Below are positions 37,131 to 46,188 of a DNA stretch of 64,000 nucleotides, piece by piece; within the stretch, counting starts at the first letter, position 1; every line of letters begins with the position of its first letter. The translations under genes were made by a program, and so were the position numbers. The notes beneath the pieces were generated by a model. The model searched no databases. It saw only the letters and a list, made by a program, of their open reading frames with translations, and was not told where the DNA came from. Where the stretch lies: sequence record OL744216.1. The stretch is one strand, 5' to 3'. This stretch comes from Enterobacter phage vB_ExiM_F4M1E.

Positions 37131-37694
37131 ATGAACAAAGTCTTATCCCCGGCAGAGCAGCTTGCCATGATGATCAAGCTGGCAGCAACCCACCATATGA
37201 AGCAATTCGATAAGGGTGGTCGCCCTTACGTCCTGCACGTCCTGAAGGTGATGCATTACCTTAAAGACAAGGATGATGACGAACTAAACTGTATCGCAGT
37301 TGGTCACGATCTGATCGAAGACACTCCGGTTCAACAGTGCGACCTGGAACGCTTAGGTATCTCCGATCGTGTCATCGACGGGATCACCCGCTTAACCAAG
37401 GTCCAGTTCCAGTCTCATGATGAATATCTGAAGGATATTCTGAAGAGCCATGACGCCTGCCGTGTTAAGCTGGCTGACCTGCGCCACAACACAGATATCC
37501 GCCGTCTGAAAGGTTTGCGTCAAAAAGACTTGCAGAGAATCCAAAAGTACCATAAAATGCACATGCAGATTAAGGACATGATTGCATGGTACGAAGACAA
37601 CCATTTGAGCATGTTCTCTTTCCCGGGTGATTACTTTGATGCCCGCAACGAGCAGGTAAAATCAATCATGGAGAAAGAATACGATGCGAATTAA
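37131..37694 (+). CDS. small alarmone hydrolase ((p)ppGpp/(p)ppApp hydrolase, HD domain, Mesh1/SpoT-hydrolase-like)
   Basis: HD-domain motif GGRPYVLHVLKVM...AVGHDLIEDT; AGGAGAG RBS; first gene of rightward block. Confidence 0.65.
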   Translation: MNKVLSPAEQLAMMIKLAATHHMKQFDKGGRPYVLHVLKVMHYLKDKDDDELNCIAVGHDLIEDTPVQQCDLERLGISDRVIDGITRLTKVQFQSHDEYLKDILKSHDACRVKLADLRHNTDIRRLKGLRQKDLQRIQKYHKMHMQIKDMIAWYEDNHLSMFSFPGDYFDARNEQVKSIMEKEYDAN

Positions 37695-37851
37695 AGTTTT
37701 AGATGCCCCGCTGGGGCATAAGTTTGACCCGGACACTCACTATCGGGTGTTCCGTCCGACAGAACCGGGCAAGGCTTTCGTTGTTGATGATGACTGCGAG
37801 GCTTGCTTCTTGAATGATATGGAGTGGGAGGAGGTGACAAGTGAAATTTGA
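37684..37851 (+). CDS. small protein (55 aa), absent from ORF track
   Basis: MRIKVLDAPLGHKFDPDTHYRV...; ATG overlaps upstream stop. Confidence 0.3.
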   Translation: MRIKVLDAPLGHKFDPDTHYRVFRPTEPGKAFVVDDDCEACFLNDMEWEEVTSEI

Positions 37852-38029
37852 GATCGTAAAAGGTATTAATGAAATCCAGCTATACACTGGGCGAGTCAAT
37901 GCAACCTTCGTATGCCCTCGCAAAAATGAAACGGTTGTGGTCAATGGAAAACGACACTTTGTCAGGGAAGTTGTTCACCAGTACGATCGTATTGAGGATG
38001 TCCTGAAGATTTTTGTGGAGGAAGAATGA
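37841..38029 (+). CDS. hypothetical protein (GTG start)
   Basis: GGAGGAGG RBS then GTG. Confidence 0.4.
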   Translation: MKFEIVKGINEIQLYTGRVNATFVCPRKNETVVVNGKRHFVREVVHQYDRIEDVLKIFVEEE

Positions 38030-38556
38030 AAAAGACCCTGAGCATTGAACCAGTTGTTTCTACGTACCTCGGTCGCCCCTATGGTATGGGTGACGATTCT
38101 GTACTTGACGATGGTGACTGGCTGGATCTGGAGGATGACAAGCAGTATACGATCACCCGACTCGGATGCCGGATCAACAAGGTGGAACCGTCGGAAACGT
38201 ACTGCATGTATTACTTCCTTCACGCCATGAAGCCTGGCTGGAAGGGTGATTACCAGAAAGGTTGGACGTGGGATTCTTTCTTCACCTGTTCCTGTGGACA
38301 CGGCGGCTGTGCCGGGTATCACGAGAACGTCCGTATCCATCGCAAGAAGGCCACTGTCCGGGTAATGGGTAAGGTATCAGACGGGTACAAGGACGGAGTT
38401 GTCGGGACCGGGCAGGATGTTGTATACTTCGACAAGAAGCAGTGGGACGGTGTACGGGAATATTATCTCGACCTGTTCCGCAAGAACCCGGAAGGTATCT
38501 TCCAGGATAACGAAATGTTCTTCACCGGGCGATTTGGCCTGGCAACATGGGGTTGA
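38026..38556 (+). CDS. hypothetical protein
   Basis: 176 aa ORF, ATGA overlap. Confidence 0.5.
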   Translation: MKKTLSIEPVVSTYLGRPYGMGDDSVLDDGDWLDLEDDKQYTITRLGCRINKVEPSETYCMYYFLHAMKPGWKGDYQKGWTWDSFFTCSCGHGGCAGYHENVRIHRKKATVRVMGKVSDGYKDGVVGTGQDVVYFDKKQWDGVREYYLDLFRKNPEGIFQDNEMFFTGRFGLATWG

Positions 38557-38558
38557 GA

Positions 38559-39173
38559 ATGAAGCGTACCAAAGTAATGAACAAAGCGCGATTCCGCAAA
38601 TCCTTTTTGGGCTTTGCTGTCGCGGCTGTTGTAACCTTCACCCTGTCCGGCTGTGAGCAGGCTGACGAAACGGTGAAGCTGTACATGAACTCTGAGCAGT
38701 GTGCCAAAGAAAGTGGCAATACTCTCGAACAGTGCCAAACTGCGGAGAAAGAAGCCCAAAAGGTTGCCGCAGAAACGGCACCGAAGTTTGGGACGTATGC
38801 GGAGTGCTACGAAGAGTTTGGCAGTATGTGTCAGCACAACACAGCGGCTGCTGCCAGCACGGGCGGAGAATCGCCTTGGATGCCCCTGATGATGGGCTAC
38901 ATGCTGGGCAATATGATGGGGTCAAGTAACTCTTATCATGCGGCACCGATGTATCAGAGCCGTTCTGGTAAGTGGGTGGATAACAAGGCCCGGTCTTACG
39001 ATGTGAAGCCGGGCAAATCGTTCAAAGTAACGAAGTCTGCCATTAAGCCAAAGGTTGAGGCACCGCGATCCACTTGGTCCGGTTCCAAATCCAGCTTCTC
39101 CTCGTCAAAGACAACCACCCGTGGCGGGTTCGGTTCCTCTGTGGGGCGTAGTAGCAGTTCTTTTGGTGGATAA
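38559..39173 (+). CDS. lipoprotein with Gly/Ser-rich C-terminus
   Basis: signal peptide with lipobox LSGC. Confidence 0.5.
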   Translation: MKRTKVMNKARFRKSFLGFAVAAVVTFTLSGCEQADETVKLYMNSEQCAKESGNTLEQCQTAEKEAQKVAAETAPKFGTYAECYEEFGSMCQHNTAAAASTGGESPWMPLMMGYMLGNMMGSSNSYHAAPMYQSRSGKWVDNKARSYDVKPGKSFKVTKSAIKPKVEAPRSTWSGSKSSFSSSKTTTRGGFGSSVGRSSSSFGG

Positions 39174-39178
39174 AAGTA

Positions 39179-39206
39179 TTGACTTATCAGATGGCCCATA
39201 TATAAT
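39179..39206 (+). promoter_or_regulatory. sigma70-type promoter TTGACT-N16-TATAAT with -10 embedded in GGCCC...GGGCC palindrome
   Basis: GGCCCATATATAATGGGCC spans the -10 element upstream of the MoxR gene. Confidence 0.5.
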
Positions 39207-39238
39207 GGGCCTTATTGACAACAAAGAGGAGAAATTCA

Positions 39239-40477
39239 ATGCAGCAGACTTACAAACGTACTGACCAGACGATGTTCAAGAAACGTATTTCCATTCGTCA
39301 AATGGAAGATCTGATCCGTCTCGGTGCCCGTATCGGTAAAACCACCTTCTTCTTCGGCGGCGCGGGCCTCGGTAAGTCCCAGAAAGTGTTGCAGATTGCA
39401 AATAGTATGTTCCCCCATCGTGTTGGGGACAATCTTTGTGACGTGCGTCTGTCTGACAAAGAACCACAGGATATCGCAGGTATCCCGGTCCCGGTAACCT
39501 ATTTCGATCCGGTTCAAGGCAAAGAAGTTACCCGTACTGTGTACGCATGTCCGAGTTTCTGGCCTACTGACCCAAACTGGGAAGGTATCGTGTTCTTGGA
39601 TGAACTGCCGAACGCAATGCTGGGCACTCAGCACTCTGCGTATCAGGTCATTCTGGATCACGTTGCAGGTGACCACCGATTCCCGAAAGGCTGTGTGTTC
39701 GTTGGCGCAGGCAACCGTGACACAGACAACGCAGGCACTACCGAGATGCCGGGGCCGCTGGTTAACCGTATGATCATGGCGGAGGTTGAGTACAACTTGG
39801 ATGTTTGGATCGAGGACTATGCTGTTCCGTTCAAACTTCACCCGCACGTGATCGGTTTCCTGAAACAGTTCCCTGAGCATTTTTACACAGGTGACGTAGA
39901 GAAGCGCTCTACCCCTGTGTTTGCATCACCTCGCCAGTGGAAAACTGTTTCTGATATCCTGTACGATTACGAAGTAGAGAAGAACGAGTACATCACTGAG
40001 ATCGCGATCGCGGGTTCTGTCGGTGAAGGTCTGGAAACCGCTGTTCTGGCGTACCATTTACGTGCCGCCGAACTGCCGAAAGTAGAAGACATCTTCTCCG
40101 GTAAAGTTAAGAAGCACGAACTATCTCGTGAGAAGAACGACCTGGTTTACGTACTGGCGCAGACCTGCTTACGTCAACTGGAAAAAGAAGTGATGGATAA
40201 TAACATGAACGATGAAGATTTCATCGAACGTGCCAGCAATTTCCTGAACTTCATGTTCAATAACTACTACAAGGCGAATAAAGATACCATGATCGCACTC
40301 ATGATTGGCATCTTCCGTGCATCCAATACGGATCAGCAGGCGATTCTGAGCATGAACCCGAAACGTACCAAGATGATCCCGGCCCTGCGTAAAAATTGCG
40401 AAGCAGTCATGACTATCGTAATGGAATACCAGACCCGTTACGGTAAAATCATGGAAGATTTCAACGCGAAGGCTTGA
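39239..40477 (+). CDS. MoxR-family AAA+ ATPase
   Basis: Walker A GGAGLGKS, Walker B VFLDELPNA; AGAGGAGAAA RBS at MQQTYKRT. Confidence 0.75.
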   Translation: MQQTYKRTDQTMFKKRISIRQMEDLIRLGARIGKTTFFFGGAGLGKSQKVLQIANSMFPHRVGDNLCDVRLSDKEPQDIAGIPVPVTYFDPVQGKEVTRTVYACPSFWPTDPNWEGIVFLDELPNAMLGTQHSAYQVILDHVAGDHRFPKGCVFVGAGNRDTDNAGTTEMPGPLVNRMIMAEVEYNLDVWIEDYAVPFKLHPHVIGFLKQFPEHFYTGDVEKRSTPVFASPRQWKTVSDILYDYEVEKNEYITEIAIAGSVGEGLETAVLAYHLRAAELPKVEDIFSGKVKKHELSREKNDLVYVLAQTCLRQLEKEVMDNNMNDEDFIERASNFLNFMFNNYYKANKDTMIALMIGIFRASNTDQQAILSMNPKRTKMIPALRKNCEAVMTIVMEYQTRYGKIMEDFNAKA

Positions 40478-40543
40478 CATCACAACCTGAACTGATAAAA
40501 TTGGGTCATCTTTCGAGATGGCCCTTTTTCTTTTGGAGGAAAT

Positions 40544-42100
40544 ATGTTCGACAATATTATGAGTGCCGAGGAGCTTGAACTTGCCAACGCAAATACCGAA
40601 GAGGCAGAGAAACTCCTTGAGGCGGCAAGTCTTCAATTGATGCGCTACAAGCCCTTCTATGGGGTAATGCTGGCATCAATGCCGATCACCCGTGCCACAG
40701 AGACCATCAATACGATGGCTACCAACGGGCGTGACCTGTTTTATTCTCCGGAGTTCGTCGCCGGGATGTGTGACAAGCGCAAGGCGCTGGTAAAACAGCG
40801 TATTGACCAGCAGATCACGGACAAGAAAAAGAACGCAGAGATGAAGTTGATGATCGATGTGTTTTATCGTCGCAAGACTGCCCGTGAGGTGGCCTTGGTG
40901 CTGGAGCACGAATGCGATCACGTCGTTTCTGAGCACATGTACCGTGGGAAAGGATACAACTTCGCGCTGTTCAACATTGCAGCCGACCACCGTATCAATA
41001 CGAACGCTGTTCTCAACCACACGACGAATAATGAGATGGGTACAGCTTGGTTCCCTATGGGTGCCAAAACGGTGTTCGACCCAGACAAAGAATTTGGCTT
41101 CATGAAGTGGGCATACTGTGATTTCCAGTACGCAGATATGTATGCGGAACAGATCTATGAGCTTCTCGTTAAGCAGACCCCTCCCCCTCCGCCGAGCGGT
41201 GGTGGCGGTGGTGCATCGGGAAGCGGAGAGGAAGGTCAAGGTGATTCCGGTGGTCAGGGTAATGGCCCGATGGGTACTGACCAACACCCAAATGCAGACG
41301 GGACCTTCAGTGAGCAGGATGGGGAAGACGATCTGTCCAAAGCAATGGGCACTGACCCGGGGGCTATGAAGCCGCTGACCCAGGATCAAAAGAACTATAA
41401 CGACACGGTAATGCGCCGGGCCATCGAAAACGCTGTTCAGGCAGCGGGCAAGGGAGCGCCAGCAGATGCCCGTAAGTTTGTGGAAGAGGCCGGAAAGCCG
41501 AAGGTTAACTACCTGCGCCTGTTACGTCGGACAATTGAGCGTCTGTTCAAAGACAACGTTTCATACCGCCGTTTAAACCGCCGCAGTTACTCCCTGACGC
41601 GATCTTTACGCCAGGCGGGGTATCTGACCTCTCGACAGACGATCGGCCTTCCTTCGTACACCAAGGCCAAGACAATCCGTGCCCACGTGTTCTTCGACGT
41701 GTCTGGATCGTTCACCGATGATCTTCTGGGGCCGACCAAACGGGAAATCAAGGGGCTGTGCAATCAGTATGAGGACTTTGAGGTCACAATGGCGGCTTGG
41801 TCCACAAAGGTTGGTAACATTTGCACGTACACGAAGAAGAACCTGAAGGAGATTGATAACTATAAGATCAAGACGACTTACGGGACGGATGTGAAGTGCG
41901 TGTTCGAATGTCTTGATGAACTTGACAAAGAGCCGGACCAGATTGTAATCTATACAGATGGTTACTTCTCCGATGTATCTCAGACCAAAAACTGGGCAGA
42001 GAAGTATGGCAAGAAGACTCTGTGGATCATTTTGGGCCGTCATGGGCCGGAATGGACGCCACCGTTTGGAACTGCAATTGACTTTGACAAATACCTGTAA
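40544..42100 (+). CDS. VWA-domain protein with N-terminal HExxH putative metallopeptidase module (DUF2201-like partner of MoxR)
   Basis: MIDAS-like FDVSGSF...YTDGYF; HECDH zinc-peptidase-type motif; immediately downstream of the MoxR ATPase. Confidence 0.6.
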   Translation: MFDNIMSAEELELANANTEEAEKLLEAASLQLMRYKPFYGVMLASMPITRATETINTMATNGRDLFYSPEFVAGMCDKRKALVKQRIDQQITDKKKNAEMKLMIDVFYRRKTAREVALVLEHECDHVVSEHMYRGKGYNFALFNIAADHRINTNAVLNHTTNNEMGTAWFPMGAKTVFDPDKEFGFMKWAYCDFQYADMYAEQIYELLVKQTPPPPPSGGGGGASGSGEEGQGDSGGQGNGPMGTDQHPNADGTFSEQDGEDDLSKAMGTDPGAMKPLTQDQKNYNDTVMRRAIENAVQAAGKGAPADARKFVEEAGKPKVNYLRLLRRTIERLFKDNVSYRRLNRRSYSLTRSLRQAGYLTSRQTIGLPSYTKAKTIRAHVFFDVSGSFTDDLLGPTKREIKGLCNQYEDFEVTMAAWSTKVGNICTYTKKNLKEIDNYKIKTTYGTDVKCVFECLDELDKEPDQIVIYTDGYFSDVSQTKNWAEKYGKKTLWIILGRHGPEWTPPFGTAIDFDKYL

Positions 42101-42108
42101 GGAGAATT

Positions 42109-42486
42109 ATGTCACAGTACGGTTATCAATTGGAGTGTGGTCGCCGGGGGGCGACTCTCTCTGTCTTCCGCCTGGATGCATCCGGCGGCGTGGAGTACAC
42201 TTGGAAAGCGATTTTTAACAGCCGGGGCATGGAAGTGGTAAGGTCCACAGGGGAGGGTATTGAAACTCAACTGGCGCACTTTGAGACATTCCTGTACCCA
42301 GATCGTGTTGAAGAGGATGAACTGGCATTCGTGGATCTTCTTTCGATGTCTCCTGTGGAGGAGGATCATGATTTTATCCGGTTGTGTTCCTTCTTGGTTG
42401 CCAAGTGGGCAGCGGGCCACAATGAAGAGATGTTGCACGATGTGATCCGATCCACAATCAAAAGGTGGTCAGAAAAGACAACATGA
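42109..42486 (+). CDS. hypothetical protein, third gene of MoxR operon
   Basis: 125 aa ORF, GGAGAA RBS. Confidence 0.5.
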   Translation: MSQYGYQLECGRRGATLSVFRLDASGGVEYTWKAIFNSRGMEVVRSTGEGIETQLAHFETFLYPDRVEEDELAFVDLLSMSPVEEDHDFIRLCSFLVAKWAAGHNEEMLHDVIRSTIKRWSEKTT

Positions 42487-42492
42487 CCCTAT

Positions 42493-42521
42493 GTGCCCCG
42501 GAAGGCACACAAAACAATAAT
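42493..42521 (+). terminator. weak terminator-like hairpin
   Basis: TGTGCC-ccggaa-GGCACA followed by an A/T-rich stretch. Confidence 0.3.
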
Positions 42522-42645
42522 AGATCTAACACCTTCGCTACGCTCACCCATCCGGGCCTACGGGGTGTTGATCTGATCTTATAATAAAACTTCCCCACTC
42601 ACATTCGTTCGGGGTCAGTTTTATTAAATTTCTTCGAAATTGTCA

Positions 42646-42674
42646 TTGACAACAACATTCCCTTCATGTATCTT
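42646..42674 (+). promoter_or_regulatory. candidate sigma70 promoter TTGACA-N17-TATCTT
   Basis: consensus -35 with weak -10 upstream of the 42728 gene. Confidence 0.3.
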
Positions 42675-42727
42675 TATGTTTAAGGGAGATTACTCCCACA
42701 CAACAAATAACATGAAGGAGAGACAAT

Positions 42728-42970
42728 ATGAGAGTACGTCAGCATCGTGGTTCATTGGTGGAAAGCCTGAAGACAGTTAAGCAGATCCCTGCCACCAAAG
42801 AAGCATTGGCAGATCACATCAACATGGTGATGGATTTCCCTGTTAAGTTTGGACCTGGCTCCATCAGTCTGATTCATCAGGGTATGGATGATCGAATCGG
42901 TTGGGATACTTATCTCATCACGGTTTCAGGTTTGGGTGTGTTTGGTTATTGTGATGAGGAGGTCAAATGA
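42728..42970 (+). CDS. hypothetical protein
   Basis: 80 aa, AAGGAGAGA RBS. Confidence 0.45.
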   Translation: MRVRQHRGSLVESLKTVKQIPATKEALADHINMVMDFPVKFGPGSISLIHQGMDDRIGWDTYLITVSGLGVFGYCDEEVK

Positions 42971-43059
42971 ACATCCTGTTTGCAGGTATTGTATTGATCC
43001 TCGTTGTGGATTTCTTCTATTCAAAATATCGAAGGAATCCGTATGGAACTTGGGGATAA
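42967..43059 (+). CDS. micro membrane peptide (30 aa)
   Basis: ATGA overlap; single TM helix. Confidence 0.25.
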   Translation: MNILFAGIVLILVVDFFYSKYRRNPYGTWG

Positions 43060-43165
43060 GATCTCAATAGGTCTTGTGCTCCTTGGTGGATCTATGCTAC
43101 TGTTTGGACTGATCGGAAAGATCATTATGTTCTTCATAACACTCTGTGGAGGTTTCAGTGGGTAA
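43043..43165 (+). CDS. micro membrane peptide (40 aa)
   Basis: single TM helix; overlaps previous peptide. Confidence 0.25.
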   Translation: MELGDKISIGLVLLGGSMLLFGLIGKIIMFFITLCGGFSG

Positions 43166-43279
43166 TATCAAATGGTGGGCACTAATGCCTGCGGCAAATG
43201 AGAACGAAGGTGGCGACGGGAAACGTGCTGTGGCACAACAGTATTTTTGGTGGCCTTCTAACATTAATCCGGGGGCGTA

Positions 43280-43630
43280 ATGGAAAACATCGTATTTTAT
43301 TCCCTTTGGGCACTGTCCTCAGTTGTCGGGGTATGGCGTATGATCAACCTGATGTCCATGTCAGGTCGCGTGGGTAACGACGATCGTGTGATGGTCCTCT
43401 TCATCCTCACGCCAGCCAGTTTACTGATGACTCCGGTCATACTGGTTGTGGAACTTCTGTTCTGGGCGGGGAAGAAGATTGACAATTTCCGAGAATCTCC
43501 CGGCTACGTGACTTGGAAGATCCAACGTCAGATCCGTAAACGTCGCCGGGGGCCTCTGGTTCGTGTTGTTGAGCATTTGTACAATAAGCGTAAGGAGAGG
43601 GCACGTGAAAAAGACGTATCTGAAGTATAA
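43280..43630 (+). CDS. membrane protein
   Basis: three TM helices, basic C-terminus. Confidence 0.5.
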   Translation: MENIVFYSLWALSSVVGVWRMINLMSMSGRVGNDDRVMVLFILTPASLLMTPVILVVELLFWAGKKIDNFRESPGYVTWKIQRQIRKRRRGPLVRVVEHLYNKRKERAREKDVSEV

Positions 43631-43763
43631 ATGGCGCTTCTGGGAGCATACTCTGGTCTTTACTGGGTGGCTCTTCGGATACGGTCATGATGTCTACTAC
43701 GGCGTCAAGGATAGCCGCAACAAGGCATACTTCGCCTATACTTTCCACAAGGAGCGAGTATGA
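43605..43763 (+). CDS. small hypothetical protein (GTG start)
   Basis: GGAGAGGG RBS then GTG. Confidence 0.3.
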   Translation: MKKTYLKYKWRFWEHTLVFTGWLFGYGHDVYYGVKDSRNKAYFAYTFHKERV

Positions 43764-44017
43764 AGCTCGGAAGTGTTCAAATCAGTGTGTTGCATGTCTT
43801 GGCAACCCGGGATCGTGGGTGGGTTGACCACCCCTACGGACCAGGGTGGGTTTGGGATAGTGTTGGCGGGACCCGGAGAACCTTGGAAGCCTTGGTTAAA
43901 CGCGGACTGGTTGACAAAGGGGAGTATGTTTCACCAGACACCGGGCATAAGTGTCCCCAGTATAGAATCTCACAGGCCGGAAAGGTATTCCTTCTGGGGC
44001 GTCCCTACGGGAAATAG
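43760..44017 (+). CDS. hypothetical protein
   Basis: 85 aa ORF. Confidence 0.45.
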   Translation: MKLGSVQISVLHVLATRDRGWVDHPYGPGWVWDSVGGTRRTLEALVKRGLVDKGEYVSPDTGHKCPQYRISQAGKVFLLGRPYGK

Positions 44018-44059
44018 TGGGAAGACCCTCCGAGAATCCTATTGATAAAGAGGTAAATA

Positions 44060-44257
44060 ATGGCTAAACTAACTAAACCCCAGCAAAAGTTTCTGCTGGC
44101 TGCACTGGGCGGCGACCACAACCGTGACCTAAAGGGCAAAGTTCAGGACAACCTTGCTTCGCAAGGGCTGATTCGTTATCTTCCGCCGTTTGGCTGGGTT
44201 CTCACTTCAGAAGGTGGGGAAATTGCCCGTGAACTGGAGGCCCGCCGTGCAGATTAA
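44060..44257 (+). CDS. hypothetical protein
   Basis: 65 aa, AGAGGTAAATA RBS. Confidence 0.45.
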   Translation: MAKLTKPQQKFLLAALGGDHNRDLKGKVQDNLASQGLIRYLPPFGWVLTSEGGEIARELEARRAD

Positions 44258-44786
44258 GCGTTCCACAATCGAAAAGATCCGTATCGAAGACATTCAGGAT
44301 TCACATCGCCTTGACCCGGTTGAGGTTATTGTGGAGAACTTTGAACCCGGCGCAGGCAAGATTACCATCTCTTGCTACGGTCAGGTCTGGACAGGCTTCT
44401 GGGGAAGCATGGGCGGCACAGTGGAGGAGTTCTTCCAGCGTGTCTCTAATGACTACCTGATCGATAAGATGTCTGACTACCGGGCAACGGAGCCGGACCC
44501 AGATAAGGACCCGGAGTATCTGAAGTCTTTGATCCTGAAACACCGCCGTTCCCGAGACATCACCAAAGACCAAGCGAAGCAGGCGTGGTACTACGTTGAT
44601 AGCTACGGGCCGGATCGTAACTCTCTTTGTTACGGCTACGTTCCGGAGGAGTTGCAGGTTATCGAGGGTATGTGTGAACCTTGGTACTTTGACTGGCCTC
44701 AAATTCCAAGCACTAACTACGCATATCTGGAGCGTATTCTTGATCTCGTTCGTGAAGTTATAAAACCCGGAGGAAACAATGAATAA
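44247..44786 (+). CDS. hypothetical protein (GTG start VQIKRSTIEK)
   Basis: GGAGG RBS then GTG. Confidence 0.5.
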   Translation: MQIKRSTIEKIRIEDIQDSHRLDPVEVIVENFEPGAGKITISCYGQVWTGFWGSMGGTVEEFFQRVSNDYLIDKMSDYRATEPDPDKDPEYLKSLILKHRRSRDITKDQAKQAWYYVDSYGPDRNSLCYGYVPEELQVIEGMCEPWYFDWPQIPSTNYAYLERILDLVREVIKPGGNNE

Positions 44787-44988
44787 GGTACGCTGTACGT
44801 ATGTCGAAGAGGATATGGAATGCCACTTCACCGTTGGTAAAGAATATGCCTGCAAGGTTGACGAATCGGCAGCAGATCCTAACTCGATGATTGTCATTGG
44901 GGAGGATAAGGAGCCGTGGTACGCCGAACGCTTAGATGACAATAACGTATCTCTGTTGGGCATTTTCGTAAAATTTGAATTTATTTAA
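44779..44988 (+). CDS. hypothetical protein
   Basis: 69 aa, GGAGGAAAC RBS. Confidence 0.4.
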   Translation: MNKVRCTYVEEDMECHFTVGKEYACKVDESAADPNSMIVIGEDKEPWYAERLDDNNVSLLGIFVKFEFI

Positions 44989-44994
44989 TGAAAA

Positions 44995-45024
44995 GGGGTT
45001 GACTTCGGTCAGCCCCTTTTGCTA
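44995..45024 (+). terminator. rho-independent terminator (with possible overlapping TTGACT promoter)
   Basis: GGGGTTGAC-ttcg-GTCAGCCCC stem followed by TTTTGCTATTCTT. Confidence 0.6.
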
Positions 45025-45066
45025 TTCTTACCTAATCGAAACGAAACAGACGAAAGGAACAACAAA

Positions 45067-45297
45067 ATGAGCATGAAGAAAAAAGCAAACGACCTGGCAC
45101 GTGTAGCAGTACAGAAAGGCCACATCGAAGCAGTTCGTCGCTTGCAGCAGGCTTTCGAACTTGAACTCCGCGCCGCTGGCGTGAAGGGAGAGGAAGTGAA
45201 CAAGGCTCTCGCAGTTATCAATGCCAACATCGGTTTCTACGAAGACAAGATTGGCGGTGAGTATGACAACGCACTGTTCGAGATGGAGGACCTGTAA
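45067..45297 (+). CDS. hypothetical protein
   Basis: 76 aa. Confidence 0.5.
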   Translation: MSMKKKANDLARVAVQKGHIEAVRRLQQAFELELRAAGVKGEEVNKALAVINANIGFYEDKIGGEYDNALFEMEDL

Positions 45298-45491
45298 TGG
45301 CTAAAGCAACTGTACGCCTGAGCCAAGGTGCTGAATGGGTGGTTGACAGGATGCCAAACGTTCTGTACCCTCAGTTTCAGAAAGACCTCGAAGAGGCCAT
45401 TACTGCAATAATGCACCAGTATGGCTACGACAACGGGATCGCAATGGCGTTCCATGAATCTACCCCGGTATACGTGGAGAGAAGCAAATGA
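45297..45491 (+). CDS. hypothetical protein
   Basis: 64 aa, ATGA coupling. Confidence 0.45.
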   Translation: MAKATVRLSQGAEWVVDRMPNVLYPQFQKDLEEAITAIMHQYGYDNGIAMAFHESTPVYVERSK

Positions 45492-45850
45492 ATATCAAAA
45501 CAATCGTCCCACAATACATGGTTCGCCAGGGTCTTGGTGACTGTGAGTGCCACATCAACGACTCCTGCGACTGTATGCCGGAGTTAGTCCTGACCAAAAA
45601 CGGTCTTGGCGGTCAGGGTGTGGCGTACTGGACATACACCGACGATACTTGCCCGGCGGATATCGACGATGCAGGAAAGGCGTATTGGTGTGAGTTCCTT
45701 GGTCTGCCGGGTTTCTGGGCAATGGGTGAGGACGATGCAGCAGAAACTTTGCTGGCACGTCTTGACTCTATGGGTCAGTGTGCTACAGTTAACTTCCGAA
45801 ACACGAAACAGGCGAGCGAAGTCATCGCCGAACTGGAGAAAAATAAATGA
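45488..45850 (+). CDS. Cys-rich hypothetical protein
   Basis: GDCECHINDSCDCMPE motif. Confidence 0.5.
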   Translation: MNIKTIVPQYMVRQGLGDCECHINDSCDCMPELVLTKNGLGGQGVAYWTYTDDTCPADIDDAGKAYWCEFLGLPGFWAMGEDDAAETLLARLDSMGQCATVNFRNTKQASEVIAELEKNK

Positions 45851-46188
45851 GCATCTTTGAAAATATCCGCACACTCGAAGCATCAGCAGAAATTTGCGTG
45901 AAAGACACCCGTCAGTACATCGCTATGCGAGAAGGTGACGCTGAACGTTGGGAACTGGACGCTTTCATCCCACGCATGGATGACAACTGCTTCCACTTTA
46001 CTGAAGCGGTGGAGAAGCTGAACCTGGACAACCCAGTCAATATGCTTCGTTTCATCAAGGCTATCAAGGCGCTGGGTGCGGTTGAGACACTGGAACGTAT
46101 GCAGGAGAGCGAAGAGTTCTCCACCTTCGTAAACATCCGCCTTGAAGGCTGGGTAAACCGTATCACCTCGGAGGCCACAGATGACTAA
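45847..46188 (+). CDS. hypothetical protein
   Basis: 113 aa. Confidence 0.5.
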   Translation: MSIFENIRTLEASAEICVKDTRQYIAMREGDAERWELDAFIPRMDDNCFHFTEAVEKLNLDNPVNMLRFIKAIKALGAVETLERMQESEEFSTFVNIRLEGWVNRITSEATDD

